Assembly (NCBI GenBank): GCA_016906335.1
Contig: JADEYG010000001.1
Coordinates: 62,001-126,000 of the forward strand
DNA from: Novakomyces olei
Taxonomy: Eukaryota
Length of the DNA: 64,000 nt
Direction of reading: 5' to 3'
Shown: one piece after another, positions 29,841 through 46,426 of the stretch
How positions within the stretch are numbered: position 1 is the first letter of the stretch
Layout: the number at the start of each line of letters is the position of its first letter
The notes under the pieces: generated by a model
Seen by the model: only the letters and a program-made list of their open reading frames with translations
What the model was told of the DNA's origin: nothing
Database searches by the model: none
Translations under genes and position numbers: made by a program

Positions 29841-30389
29841 ATGGCAGCAACTTCACGTTTAGCCGCTTTAGTGGCAGAAATCGAGTCGCTGCATACAGAA
29901 GAGTCTTTGCTCGAGCATTTAAAAAGCACGAGTGCAGGTGACGGAAACGGTACTGATTTGGATGGGGTTACAAGGGCACTGGAGTCGCGTGCACTGGAGA
30001 ACGATATATGGCGCTCCCTGAAGCTCAACGTTGTGGCCAATTCTTCAGCGAGTGAGCGTCTGGCTGCTGACTATGAGCAAAGAGACAAATTTATGCTAAT
30101 GGCATCGCGCTACGCTGCACAAATCTCAGACCTTGAGACGCAGCTGTATAACGTCCGTGCTGAGACTGCGCAGCGTATAGCCAATGTGCAACGACTTGGC
30201 GCTCACATAAGGGCGGCTAAAGCAGGCAGCCGGGATCGTAAATGCTCAGCGGCGGACCGTGAGCAGGCCGATTTCAGTAGACAGCGGCTCGTTATTGTAC
30301 GCAATATTATTCAGGCCGTTGTATTGGAGGCCGGCTTGGACTGGAGCCACGGGCCTCTGCAAAAATTAATGCTCGAGTGTGGTGAATAG
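29841..30389 (+). CDS. Kinetochore protein CENP-H (Fta3/Mcm16) family
   Basis: Coiled-coil protein ending IVRNIIQAVVLEAGLDWSHGPLQKLMLECGE, which resembles the CENP-H C-terminal motif. Confidence 0.75.
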   Translation: MAATSRLAALVAEIESLHTEESLLEHLKSTSAGDGNGTDLDGVTRALESRALENDIWRSLKLNVVANSSASERLAADYEQRDKFMLMASRYAAQISDLETQLYNVRAETAQRIANVQRLGAHIRAAKAGSRDRKCSAADREQADFSRQRLVIVRNIIQAVVLEAGLDWSHGPLQKLMLECGE

Positions 30390-31408
30390 GGCTCTGCTTG
30401 AAAGCCCGTTATATTGGAAAAAATAAGAAAAAATTGCCATCAAAACTGTGCATTGCTGTTGGTGGCTCACGAGCAGACATAAAGTGGCACAGTATTTTGG
30501 TATGGACGAGTTGTGTCCAGCGAACGGCGGCCTCACACTTACAGGGCCAAGAATAATTGCTTTACGCCTGCATAGACTCGCAGTTTTGTGTGATGAAAAG
30601 CGGATAACTCGTTTCCCGAAGGCACAAAGCGCCAAGTGTTTACTCCAAGTCGCCGTCTCTTTACGTACACAACCACAGATTTCTCTACGGCACTAGTCAA
30701 AAGTAAATTGTTCTCGATTACACAAGGCTACTTGGAGGACCGTCTGGCTCGCCGCATTTGATTACACGACAGAGGAAACGAGATCGGCGACTTAAAAAAT
30801 GGACACGCAGGGAGTCCAATATTGGATAGAGCTTGTATTCTGTTACGGGTTACTTGTAAATTGTACTTTATGGACGAGCAAATTTGTTGTAGGTAGAACA
30901 GAATCCGTTTGAACTCTCTCTCATTAAAACCTCGTTAAAGGCGTCGGACCAGAAAATGCGACCAACTTTATATAGCCATAGACCCAATAATTATATGTAC
31001 CCATACCCTCTTTGCGTTACTTTGTGATTGCTTAAATGCACGGATTACTCGTCTTGAAGCGCTGTGTCCCGCTATAATAGTTGCAACCCCCTAATCGACA
31101 CTTTTGGTATGGGTGTACTCCTTTTGGGCGTATATTTTTTAGATTTTTTATATAATATTATTTATAGTATATATATTATTTCCTATATACTCGCTTACGC
31201 ACACATGTCGGCACATTGTGCACCGGAGAATCTCGCCTGTCAGCATGATAACGCGTGTATTCGCCCTTTTCGATTAAAGTACGATATTGGATTAGTGTAC
31301 GATATTCGATTAAATACGATATTCGATTAAATTAGTAGACTGGTTTACGCAGAGCGGCGGATCAGACTATAAAAGTCGTGCAGGGAACCAATACCGGCAG
31401 GATACACA

Positions 31409-33295
<1,887 letters not shown>

Positions 33296-33783
33296 ATTTG
33301 TTGCAAAGTAGACAGCGTAGACCAGTTTTGGTGGGATTTTGATAGCCTAAATAAATTGAACTTTTACCTTACGCACTAGTGGGACTGGACAAATCGTTCG
33401 AGCTTTGCACAATATTTGTGTATTTAAATAATAAAGAATGATTGTTTATTTATTTATTTATTTAAATTGCACAATGAATGCCATTCTAATCGGCCAGCAA
33501 TTTTTTTGGAACGTGTGTGCCACCATTGGCAAAGCGTATCTGGTTCTATATCTCTTATTGGCGGCATATCCAATGCCATCTCCTTTGCCGTTTTAAACTT
33601 TACAATGCATTTTCTATTTATATATTTTTAAACTATATTCATGATCTTGCCGTTTCATAATTGCCCACCGTTTTGTCATTGCCTCCTCGTTATTGCCCAC
33701 CAATTAATCACTGCCTCCTCGTTATTACCTCCTCGTCATTGGTCCCCCAAGCCCTGTGAGGGTGGTATTAATGTAAAATATTA

Positions 33784-37522
<3,739 letters not shown>

Positions 37523-38732
37523 GCCGGGCGTTTGGTGACGCAGACACAATAGCGGCTCTGCCGCCAAGTTGCTGCACGCCAAAGTGAGGTCGGCGTGGTA
37601 GATAACGATTGATCTATTTATTTATTTCTTTATTTTTCTATTGGTGAATTACACATATTCAGCGTCTCAACCTCCTATTTTCAAGCCTCTATTGTGGCTA
37701 CGAGAAATACGATATACTAACGGGCCATATTAAATCAAACTTGAAAATTAGACATTTAATTAGACATTTAATTAGAGACAGCTTGAAAACATTTAAAGAA
37801 AATTTTAAATGGAAATATAAATCTCATCCCAGTTATGCACGGGTTACATGCGCATGAATGATATTTCTCATATTACATACGGCTCTTCCGTATAGTCATT
37901 ATACAAATCTAATATATGCAAAGTGTAGGATCCTCGTTTCAGCCGCGGTGAAACAATTTATGAGCGCAGGTTCATGTTGTTAAATGCCACATTAATTATT
38001 CTATTAATTCGTATAATAATTCAGCATAAAATTGTATCCATAAAAGTCGGTGGTTTATCGGTTGTCTCAGGTTACTATTATCCGCGTCAGCGGCAGATTT
38101 TCGGCATTACCAAGTAAGCAAAGATGTGTGTAAATTTCTTGATTAGTTGTACATATTGTGCAAAATATCAGGGTTAGGGTTATATTCTCAATATGTCACT
38201 TTTCTATTAGTACATTCGCACGAGTCATTCGTATTCAATGCGTACAATGTTCTGTATCAAATGTATCCATTAACCGTGACGAGCAGATCAGCCGCCGTTA
38301 CTTGCGACGACGATAGTAATACATGCAACGCACATCCCTAGAGTTTAGTGTTTAAACACCAGGCCACATAGGAAAGGCTGCCGTTGTTTCTAGCAAATAA
38401 TATGCATAAAATCACTGTATAATAGGCTAAATCATCGATAGGGTCCGAGAGAGTTATCACCACGAGCCGTAGTCCATAAAAGCTAGACTCGCTTGATCTC
38501 TACTTGTTGAGCATACATTTTGTGCATATGCTCAGTGAAAACTGCAGTCCCATTCATGACAAAGCATGATAAACGAAGCCTAAGCCGTTGCCGTTTATAG
38601 TCAGGCACCAATTGCTTCTCTGCCTCTCATCTTTATTAACTAACGCGTACAAAAAGGCCGCATGTAGACAGAGACAGAGCATAGTCCTCATGACTAAAAT
38701 CATACGATCCCAATGCAAGTTTTTTGCAACCC

Positions 38733-39545
38733 TCAAAACATGACAACTTTACAAGACCCATTGCGAAACCGAGTGACCATTTCAGGCTCGCACATAACAT
38801 TGACCAAATCAGCACAGACTTCAGGAATACTCCAGATTGTTCGTGACTTTGCATCTTGGAACATTGAGTCTATCAAGACAAGCTGTAATTCGTCCAATCG
38901 TAAAGAGCCTTCCTTTATTAATGCAGATATGCGCGCTGGAGTCCCCACGGCTATGTAAACTGGCGTCTTGCGCAAGTACTCAGAGTGCTGTGATAGTTTG
39001 AAATGTTTTGCAAATAGTTTCGCTACTTCTGCTTTGCCAGAAATACGTAATGGCCGGAAAGCTCGAGCTAGATCGGCGACTCTTAGAGCCGCGGCCGACA
39101 GACAAAGAACTTTCGGCGATTTCGTATTTTCTGAAGCACAATGTTCGCGTACAAATTCGACTACTCTCGGTAGCGAACGGTCCCAGGAGCTCGTATCAAC
39201 GAAAGCACTCTCTGGCAGACTTATATCGTGCAATTCCACGGAGCTTATTCCTTTCTTATGCTGTCGCGCCTTTTCCAAAATTAAGTCTGCTTGCTGCGCT
39301 GGATCAAGGACAGAAACACCAACTGTTCCCAACTCTTGCAGCTTGCGTTGCTTGCGAGCTTTGAATTTTGCACGTTTTTTAGCTTTTTTCTCTGCTGCAC
39401 TCAAAGTTTTTGAAGCAGTATCAGTATCGGCATCGGCATCTGCTTGTGGAACTAATTGTACATTCTCCGCGTCCACACTTTCCGTGTCCGATGGCACTGT
39501 ATACTCTAATCCATCATCCAAGTCGTCAGCTCCTCGTTTCGCCAT
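38733..39545 (-). CDS. CMS1: Cms1 family 90S pre-ribosome protein (helicase-like fold)
   Basis: ADDLDDGLEY N-terminus, LSAAALRVADLARAF, VAKLFAKHFKL and VGTPARI. Confidence 0.85.
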   Translation of the reverse strand: MAKRGADDLDDGLEYTVPSDTESVDAENVQLVPQADADADTDTASKTLSAAEKKAKKRAKFKARKQRKLQELGTVGVSVLDPAQQADLILEKARQHKKGISSVELHDISLPESAFVDTSSWDRSLPRVVEFVREHCASENTKSPKVLCLSAAALRVADLARAFRPLRISGKAEVAKLFAKHFKLSQHSEYLRKTPVYIAVGTPARISALIKEGSLRLDELQLVLIDSMFQDAKSRTIWSIPEVCADLVNVMCEPEMVTRFRNGSCKVVMF

Positions 39546-39614
39546 TCGCAAAGATTTAGGCCCTCGACCTTGCAGCTTCGTAGATTTTGCACTATAATAT
39601 ATATTTTCAAGAAA

Positions 39615-39646
<32 letters not shown>

Positions 39647-39800
39647 GCCATATATATAATTATTTGTATACTGTTTTTCACTATAAAAATTAGCTACAAA
39701 GCATAAATTGCATTTGACCCTGGTCAATTCTTTTTGAATATATATTTATCGAATATCCCTAGTCATTATTGTATATACACTACTCATATGAAACCTGCCG

Positions 39801-42800
39801 TTATCGCGACGCCAATACTGCTGCCCCAATGGCTCGCATTTCATCTCCCCTCGCTGATTCCAAAAACTCGATAATATGCTGCCGAGAAAGCTCCGGAAGC
39901 ACCATAGCAATCCTATCAATTTTGCCCTCTAAATCAGCTATTCCCGCCTCGTTTGAACTGTTGGTAGAAGCAGCAACTGCACTTCGTGGCGAGGCAGTGC
40001 GTGACTGTGCTGCTAGAGCAGCGGCAGAAGGCGTTCTGTACTGAGGCCAGTTCTTTGTACTCGTGAACTTGGACAGGCCCATGTCCATGTTTGTATTGAA
40101 ATAACTTTCAATCTCCGTATCACGTGCCGGCGCTTTCGGGTACGAAGGCTTCCTCTGCGACGTGGCGGATACATTCCCACTTGCAGACCGTTGCCGAGCT
40201 TCTTCAGGTGAAGGTAATTGCTGTTGCTTTGCAAAATTAAGCGAATGGCGACGATGGTCGTTACGCGTCCCGGAATCGTCTCTTAGTAATTTATTAAAAA
40301 AATTAGAAGGTCCTCTTGAACCCCGTTTGTCTGCTTTACTGCTGCCGCTGCCGGCTTCGCCCACGGGTACGGGACTGCCGATACTCGTCTTGTCAATACT
40401 GCCAACCGCACTGGACCCCGCTTCACCGCCTTTAAACCCTTTTTTAATCGACTTGTAAATGCCCAGCGCCGCTTCCTTTGACTTGTCGCCAATTCGTGAG
40501 GTTGAAAAGGACCGTAAATCCAGCCGTGAATGAGCTGAAGCTCCAGAGTGGTTATTACTCTCACCATTATTGCGACGAGAAGGCAAAATCCCGGACGAAG
40601 TATCGAGCAGTCTGTCGTAATCAATATTCAAATCACGACTGAGGCAGCCTCGACGTAAAACCGCTACTTTAAGCCATTGATCAATTTTACGCGGCTGACT
40701 TTCAATAATTTTTAGCCGCTCGTAATAAGCAGCGATCCGTTCACGACTACCACTCAGCCCGTAAATGTCTACGAAATCCAGATAGTGAGGTATTGCTTGG
40801 TTCGGCACAAGGCCGTCCAGCAGTTCAGGGACGGATGCGTCCTTTGCGAAAAAGTCGTCCTTACTCCGTCGTCGGTTCGAGTCCTGAGACGGTTCAAAAG
40901 AGTCAGTAGAAGGCTGCTCCTGCCCAAAATCTGAGCGGCTAAAAGATTCTAAGGGCGGAGCCCTTGCCTCTGCACTGGCCGAGTCATTTATGCCTTCTAT
41001 TTCATTCCCATTAGACTCAATGGACGTGGCTGTTCCAATTGACCCGGCTTCCCTAATCGCCTGCGCTTTGTCCTGATTGCGTGCCAGCCTTAAAGAGTCC
41101 CGGGCAGAGTTGGCGATCGATGCATTGTCCAGTGTCGACGCGTCGTCAATTGGCATATGAGAAGCCATATCGCTGCTTGTGACACTCGAGTCTGAATCTA
41201 CGTCCAACGCTTGCTTGAGCCGCTCCAAATCCATTGTCTCCCGGTGACGCAAGTCTATGAACCGAGGGTCCTCGTCGTAACCAGTGTCGCCAGAATTATT
41301 GTTTTCATTTCCACTTGCATTATTGCTAATACTTTTATAAATGTTATAGTCAACACCATCATTGGTATCAACGTACTCTTGAGACCTGCGCTCTGGTGTA
41401 AAAGCACCAGAGCTGAGCTTGTTCATAATCTCATCGTGCAGCTCTTCTGAAGGCAATCTATTGTGGCCAGACGCTGGTGGATAAGACGAGCCTACTGGGC
41501 TGTCTGCTTTTGTCTGTGATGATGTTACTAGCCCAAACCTTCGATTGGGATCTCGAGCCCGGCTTTTTGCTGCTGGTATGATAGCAGAGTGCTGCTCCGT
41601 ATTTTTGGGCAAATCTTTACTGGTCAAATCTATCTCATTTGCAAAGTCGTCATTGGCCCCAGGGTTTAATGTGTCGCTCGAAGCATCTGAGCTGGCAAAG
41701 TAGTCGTCCTCCATCTGATTCTTAGACCTTTGCTCGTCTTCAGGACTTTGCGCTCGGCCAACTGACTCGCGAGAGGAAGAAATTGGCCTCGATCTTTGCT
41801 CAGCAACAAATTCTCTAGACTCGTCTGCCTCACCAAAGGCCTTTTCTTTTTTATTTAGCAGAGCTTCAGGCTCATGTTCACGTTCACGTTCAGATTCTAA
41901 ATTCTTTCCAATACCCTTATCGCCCTCTCCGGTCTCAGGCCCGTACAGTCCTTCAGCTGGGACTGTTTTGTTTCCTTCTTTTATTGTTTCCGTCATTGCT
42001 TCTACTGCCTCCTCCTCCTCCGTGCCTTTACTATCAATCTCACTCTTTCCTGCTTCGCCGTTACCACTTGTATCCTGAATAAAAGCACTATGCAATTGCG
42101 GAACGCTAGGAACACTGTCATCGTCGGCATCAGCAATGTCAAAATCTGTATCCAAAAAGCCCATAGAAATTCGAGGATCAATCTTGTGACGAATCTCTGG
42201 TAGCCACGGTAGAGACTTGTCCGTCAGCCCTGAATCGTGTTTGAGCATTAGATCTGCTTTGCGCATTTTCTTTAATTCTGCAAGGGATATTTTCTCCGCT
42301 CTTCCATGTGGACGAGTCTGTTGGTGGATAACAGTATGGGGCTGAGAGACGGACAGAGACGAGTCAATACTGCTCCGCTGCTTATCTTTGGGCTCTTCAG
42401 ATTGGACTTCAACCGAGTTACGGGGGCTACCAAAGCCTACTGAGCCATCTTTCTCTAGTACAGTTGGAACTGTACTCGCAATCTCATTCTCAAGCGCAGA
42501 CTCTGTCGGCAGGGGAGGAAGATCGTGATTTATTTCTGTTAGTCTTTTTCGTTCTTCTTCTTTTCCTTCTTCCTCTTTTCCTTCTTCTTCTTCTTGTTTT
42601 TCTGCTTCCTGTTCGGCTAGCCTGGGGGGTAGAGACTCGATTGGCATAGTACTCTCAGCAACCTCTTCAATCTTGCCTGTCTTTACTTTGTCCTTTTCAG
42701 GAACAGTAGGCGGGTCCCGTTTGCCTATTGCTTCTCCCTTGTGAACAAAACCCGATTCGCTTATGCGCTTGCCAGTCTCGGTAGAAGGTTTCGTCTCTGA

Positions 42801-44087
42801 GCGGGAATCGTACTCTTGTTTCGTTTGGTCTGGTGACTGTTTCACCGGAACAAAAGGCTCTGAGGTTAGTTCTGGCTCCTCTTCCTTGGTATGTGACTGG
42901 CCTTTTGCATCGCTAATGGCCTCTGTGTCACGTTTATAGTCATGTGGCTGTGGCTGCGACTGTGACTGTAATGAACTGTTCAAATTGCTCCCCGTAGACG
43001 ACGCATTTTGCACAGGCTCAGGCCGGTCATGGACTACCTCGGCCGGCAATTGCCGAGCAAATTTGCGCGCGTCAAGAGACTGATCAGAGCCAGTTGCTTT
43101 GGCGGGGAAAGATGTACGGCCACCGGCATCCGTGCCGGCACCAAGCGCTAAATTCCTTAGTGGAGAAGACCTTCCTGACTGCATAGCTGAACCTGAGGGC
43201 GAAACGCTTGCAGAAAATGGAGACCGCCTTCCCGGAGAGGCAGCTGCACTTGGCGACGATCCTCGAGAGCCATTCGCACTAGAATTCGTATTAGAATCCG
43301 CTGCTGACGGTGTAGACTCTCCTGCTCTTAGAGCAGCATTTGCACGTTCAGCTTTCTCCTTTAAAAGCTGTGCTTTAAGCGCACGTTTGCGTTCTGCCCA
43401 TTGAGTCACAGCGAGATTCATGCTTTTTGTACGGTTTGGTGGTTCCTGATCCGCTTTTTTGCTATTATTGTCCTTTGACTCGGGCACAGGAGGAACAGGC
43501 GGCATAGTTGTAACAAAAGAAGCAGGCGGCATAGGCGGTGCTGGAGGAGGAGGAGGAGGAGACAATTTATCTTGGCTGGCTGGTTCAACTGCGCTAGCAG
43601 CAGCAGTTGTAGGAGTATACGAGCTAGCGGAATCGTAAGCAGGAGAATCATAGGCCGAGTCGTGTGGCACATAGTGTGACGCTGTATATGTCTCAAGGCT
43701 CGGAAGCAGTTTTCTGCTTTCGCCATTGCCAGTTGGTCCGTCCCTTACGGCAGATTTATGAGGCAAATCTGCACTCAGATCTCTGCCAAGCTGGATCCCT
43801 AACTGTTCCTTGCCCATATTATTCTGATCGTTTCGATCGGCCTGCTCACTTTGATTACTCGAGCCAAATAGGGGCAAAGGCGACTGCGGCCGCTTGACGA
43901 ATGCAAAAGTAGGAGTCATCGGTCGAGGCGGAGCCGGCTCGGCCAGCGGTGAAACAGGTCGGCTTGCTGAACTATGTAAACGGGGCACAAAGGGCGGAGT
44001 ACGGCTTGCCTGCGAGCCATCATCATCGTCACTCGCCCACTCGTCGCCCTCATAGTTAGGACGCGTCCAAGACTGTCGTGCGCTCAT
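39801..44087 (-). CDS. Large disordered protein, Fyv8-like, with a CUE/UBA-like C-terminus
   Basis: 1428-aa ORF. NYEGDEW N-terminal motif and DIYGLSGSRERIAAYYERL..IDQWL resemble fungal Fyv8-like proteins as I recall them. The gene is solid, the family is tentative. Confidence 0.65.
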   Translation of the reverse strand: MSARQSWTRPNYEGDEWASDDDDGSQASRTPPFVPRLHSSASRPVSPLAEPAPPRPMTPTFAFVKRPQSPLPLFGSSNQSEQADRNDQNNMGKEQLGIQLGRDLSADLPHKSAVRDGPTGNGESRKLLPSLETYTASHYVPHDSAYDSPAYDSASSYTPTTAAASAVEPASQDKLSPPPPPPAPPMPPASFVTTMPPVPPVPESKDNNSKKADQEPPNRTKSMNLAVTQWAERKRALKAQLLKEKAERANAALRAGESTPSAADSNTNSSANGSRGSSPSAAASPGRRSPFSASVSPSGSAMQSGRSSPLRNLALGAGTDAGGRTSFPAKATGSDQSLDARKFARQLPAEVVHDRPEPVQNASSTGSNLNSSLQSQSQPQPHDYKRDTEAISDAKGQSHTKEEEPELTSEPFVPVKQSPDQTKQEYDSRSETKPSTETGKRISESGFVHKGEAIGKRDPPTVPEKDKVKTGKIEEVAESTMPIESLPPRLAEQEAEKQEEEEGKEEEGKEEERKRLTEINHDLPPLPTESALENEIASTVPTVLEKDGSVGFGSPRNSVEVQSEEPKDKQRSSIDSSLSVSQPHTVIHQQTRPHGRAEKISLAELKKMRKADLMLKHDSGLTDKSLPWLPEIRHKIDPRISMGFLDTDFDIADADDDSVPSVPQLHSAFIQDTSGNGEAGKSEIDSKGTEEEEAVEAMTETIKEGNKTVPAEGLYGPETGEGDKGIGKNLESEREREHEPEALLNKKEKAFGEADESREFVAEQRSRPISSSRESVGRAQSPEDEQRSKNQMEDDYFASSDASSDTLNPGANDDFANEIDLTSKDLPKNTEQHSAIIPAAKSRARDPNRRFGLVTSSQTKADSPVGSSYPPASGHNRLPSEELHDEIMNKLSSGAFTPERRSQEYVDTNDGVDYNIYKSISNNASGNENNNSGDTGYDEDPRFIDLRHRETMDLERLKQALDVDSDSSVTSSDMASHMPIDDASTLDNASIANSARDSLRLARNQDKAQAIREAGSIGTATSIESNGNEIEGINDSASAEARAPPLESFSRSDFGQEQPSTDSFEPSQDSNRRRSKDDFFAKDASVPELLDGLVPNQAIPHYLDFVDIYGLSGSRERIAAYYERLKIIESQPRKIDQWLKVAVLRRGCLSRDLNIDYDRLLDTSSGILPSRRNNGESNNHSGASAHSRLDLRSFSTSRIGDKSKEAALGIYKSIKKGFKGGEAGSSAVGSIDKTSIGSPVPVGEAGSGSSKADKRGSRGPSNFFNKLLRDDSGTRNDHRRHSLNFAKQQQLPSPEEARQRSASGNVSATSQRKPSYPKAPARDTEIESYFNTNMDMGLSKFTSTKNWPQYRTPSAAALAAQSRTASPRSAVAASTNSSNEAGIADLEGKIDRIAMVLPELSRQHIIEFLESARGDEMRAIGAAVLASR

Positions 44088-44185
44088 TGCTAGTGGACGG
44101 GCTCTACGATATCACTCAGGGTCGGCCATGGCAGCATCGCGTGGATCGATGGTACGTGTGATTGAGTAAATATTGTAGATTTTGC

Positions 44186-44397
<212 letters not shown>

Positions 44398-44612
44398 TGT
44401 TGAATATAGAAGGTTGGAATTTGCTCTTATGGTAGATTAAATGAATTAGATACTCTAGATTGCTTCAGCTGAATCCCCCCCGAGGGTGTGAGGGTTCGCT
44501 TGAGCTATATATATGTAACTATGTATTTTTGAGTGAGTATTCTGTAAAGCTAAAAGTCAAACAACTGACACTCATGGTTGAGTTGTCTTAGCCGGTCAGT
44601 GAGTCGGCGAGT

Positions 44613-44698
<86 letters not shown>

Positions 44699-44725
44699 AG
44701 GGGATAATAGATTCATATTTCAACA
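44398..44725 (-). repeat. 3' LTR, 328 bp, containing (TAT)28 at 44614-44697
   Basis: Direct repeat of 49419-49722 with TGTTGAA..TTCAACA termini. Confidence 0.97.
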
Positions 44726-44760
44726 CTCCCCTTGAATCTTTTATTTCCTTTTTGTATTCT
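44726..44760 (-). other. Polypurine tract
   Basis: Minus strand reads ..AAAAAGGAAATAAAAAGATTCAAGGGGAG immediately before the 3' LTR. Confidence 0.85.
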
Positions 44761-44779
44761 TGTATTTATTTTTTTTTTG

Positions 44780-46426
44780 TTATTCTTCATTGTATAGCAT
44801 TTTTGTAAATTTAGTGAATTTGTTTCCAAGTAGGTTCTTGGTCAATCCATCTGCCTTCATGTTTCGTGAGGGGCATCTCTGTATGCTTATCAGTCCATTT
44901 CTCACAATATCCATCACATAGTAGCGGGTGTTACTTAGATGTTTTGAACCCTGGTAGTTTCCACCATTAGTTGCAAGTAATATGCAGGCGTTGTTATCGC
45001 AGTAGACGATTGGGATGTTATCGGGCCCTTTATTAATTTCGTCCATTAGATATTTGTAGTACAAGGCTTGATTGACTGTTAGTTTCATAGCTTCGAACTC
45101 CGCCATCATTGTACTTGGTGTTACAATTTTTTGCTTTTGCGAGTTCCAGGCTATTGGGCCGTTATTTTTTCCTAGTGAGACAACGTATCCTGATCGGGAT
45201 TTTCTGTCGCAAGTGTCTCCGGCGAAATCAGAGTCGCCCCACGAGTGTATCTGTAGATCATTTTCTCTAGTGTAGGTGATACATGTGTCCAGTGTAGCGT
45301 TTAGATATCTCATAGTGTGTTTTAAGGCCTGTATTTGTTCTTCATTTTGTCTTTTTGTATGTTTGCTTAACATACTTATTGCAAATCTGAGGTCTGGTCT
45401 TGTCCATTCGGTCAAATATATTAATTTTCCTATAATAGTTGGATAGATTTCCAGACAATCATAATTTTCATCCGCGGGATGATAGAGTGAATTGATGTTT
45501 GTGATGGGCTGACTTATGTATTTTAGGTTAGTGTCTCCGTAAGTGCGTATAATTGACTTAGCAAATTGTGACTGTGACAATTTGAGTATTCCTTTGTCGC
45601 GATCATATGTAATGTCCATACCAAGATATCTCTTTATTTTTCCAAGTGACTTGATGGAGTAAAATGTTTTCAAAAAGGATTCAAATTCAAGTCTCTTTCC
45701 TTTCTGTTTTTCGACGATCATGAGGTCATCTACGTAGACAGCAATAATTAAAGAGTCATTGTAATATATGGCAGAATCTTTGTTTGATTTTGTTAGACCG
45801 TATTTTGTCAATGTAGAATCCAGTTCACTGTTCCACGATCTTGGTGCCTGTTTGAGACCATAGAGACTTTTGTTTAATTTTAGGACAAGGCCGGGTTTAA
45901 TTTTCACTCCATCGGGTTTTTTCATGTACACTGACTCCTTTAGTGTACCATATAGGAAGGCTGTATCCACGTCGATTTGATAGATTTCATAATTTTTAAT
46001 TACGCTGTAAGCTAATAACCACCGTATGCTGTCAGGACGAGCGACTGGGGCGTATGTATCTTCATAGTCTTTTCCAAAAATCTGTGAGTACCCTTGTGCT
46101 ACTAGTCTTGCTTTTCTAATTATTTCATTCGACTGTTCTCCTTGTTTCAGTTTAAACACCCATCTGCATCCAACTGTACGTATATTTTGTGATTGGGGAA
46201 CGACTTTCCATACTTCATTTCTTTCCATTGCTTTTAGTTCTTTATTTATTGCTTCTTTCCACTGATTCCCAAATGGCCCAGTGATTGCTTCATTGTAATT
46301 TTGAGGCTCAATGTCAGGAGCTTCAATGTGATTAACGCCTCCTTTGGGTCTGTTTAATATTTTCCTTTGACCATTTTTAAGGAAAAGGGGGGAAAGGATT
46401 TTCTTCAATTTTCTTTGGAGATCCCT
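44780..46426 (-). CDS. Retrotransposon pol: reverse transcriptase and RNase H (open frame, -1 relative to integrase)
   Basis: KARLVAQGY, QIDVDTAFL, SLYGLKQAPRSW, VYVDDL, DSDFAG, CDN and ADGLTK. Confidence 0.96.
   Translation of the reverse strand, partial: RDLQRKLKKILSPLFLKNGQRKILNRPKGGVNHIEAPDIEPQNYNEAITGPFGNQWKEAINKELKAMERNEVWKVVPQSQNIRTVGCRWVFKLKQGEQSNEIIRKARLVAQGYSQIFGKDYEDTYAPVARPDSIRWLLAYSVIKNYEIYQIDVDTAFLYGTLKESVYMKKPDGVKIKPGLVLKLNKSLYGLKQAPRSWNSELDSTLTKYGLTKSNKDSAIYYNDSLIIAVYVDDLMIVEKQKGKRLEFESFLKTFYSIKSLGKIKRYLGMDITYDRDKGILKLSQSQFAKSIIRTYGDTNLKYISQPITNINSLYHPADENYDCLEIYPTIIGKLIYLTEWTRPDLRFAISMLSKHTKRQNEEQIQALKHTMRYLNATLDTCITYTRENDLQIHSWGDSDFAGDTCDRKSRSGYVVSLGKNNGPIAWNSQKQKIVTPSTMMAEFEAMKLTVNQALYYKYLMDEINKGPDNIPIVYCDNNACILLATNGGNYQGSKHLSNTRYYVMDIVRNGLISIQRCPSRNMKADGLTKNLLGNKFTKFTKMLYNEE

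Noticed and set aside
44578-44808. Poly-Tyr ORF, and the poly-Asn ORF at 49732-50109
   Set aside because: Readouts of the TAT/AAT microsatellites.
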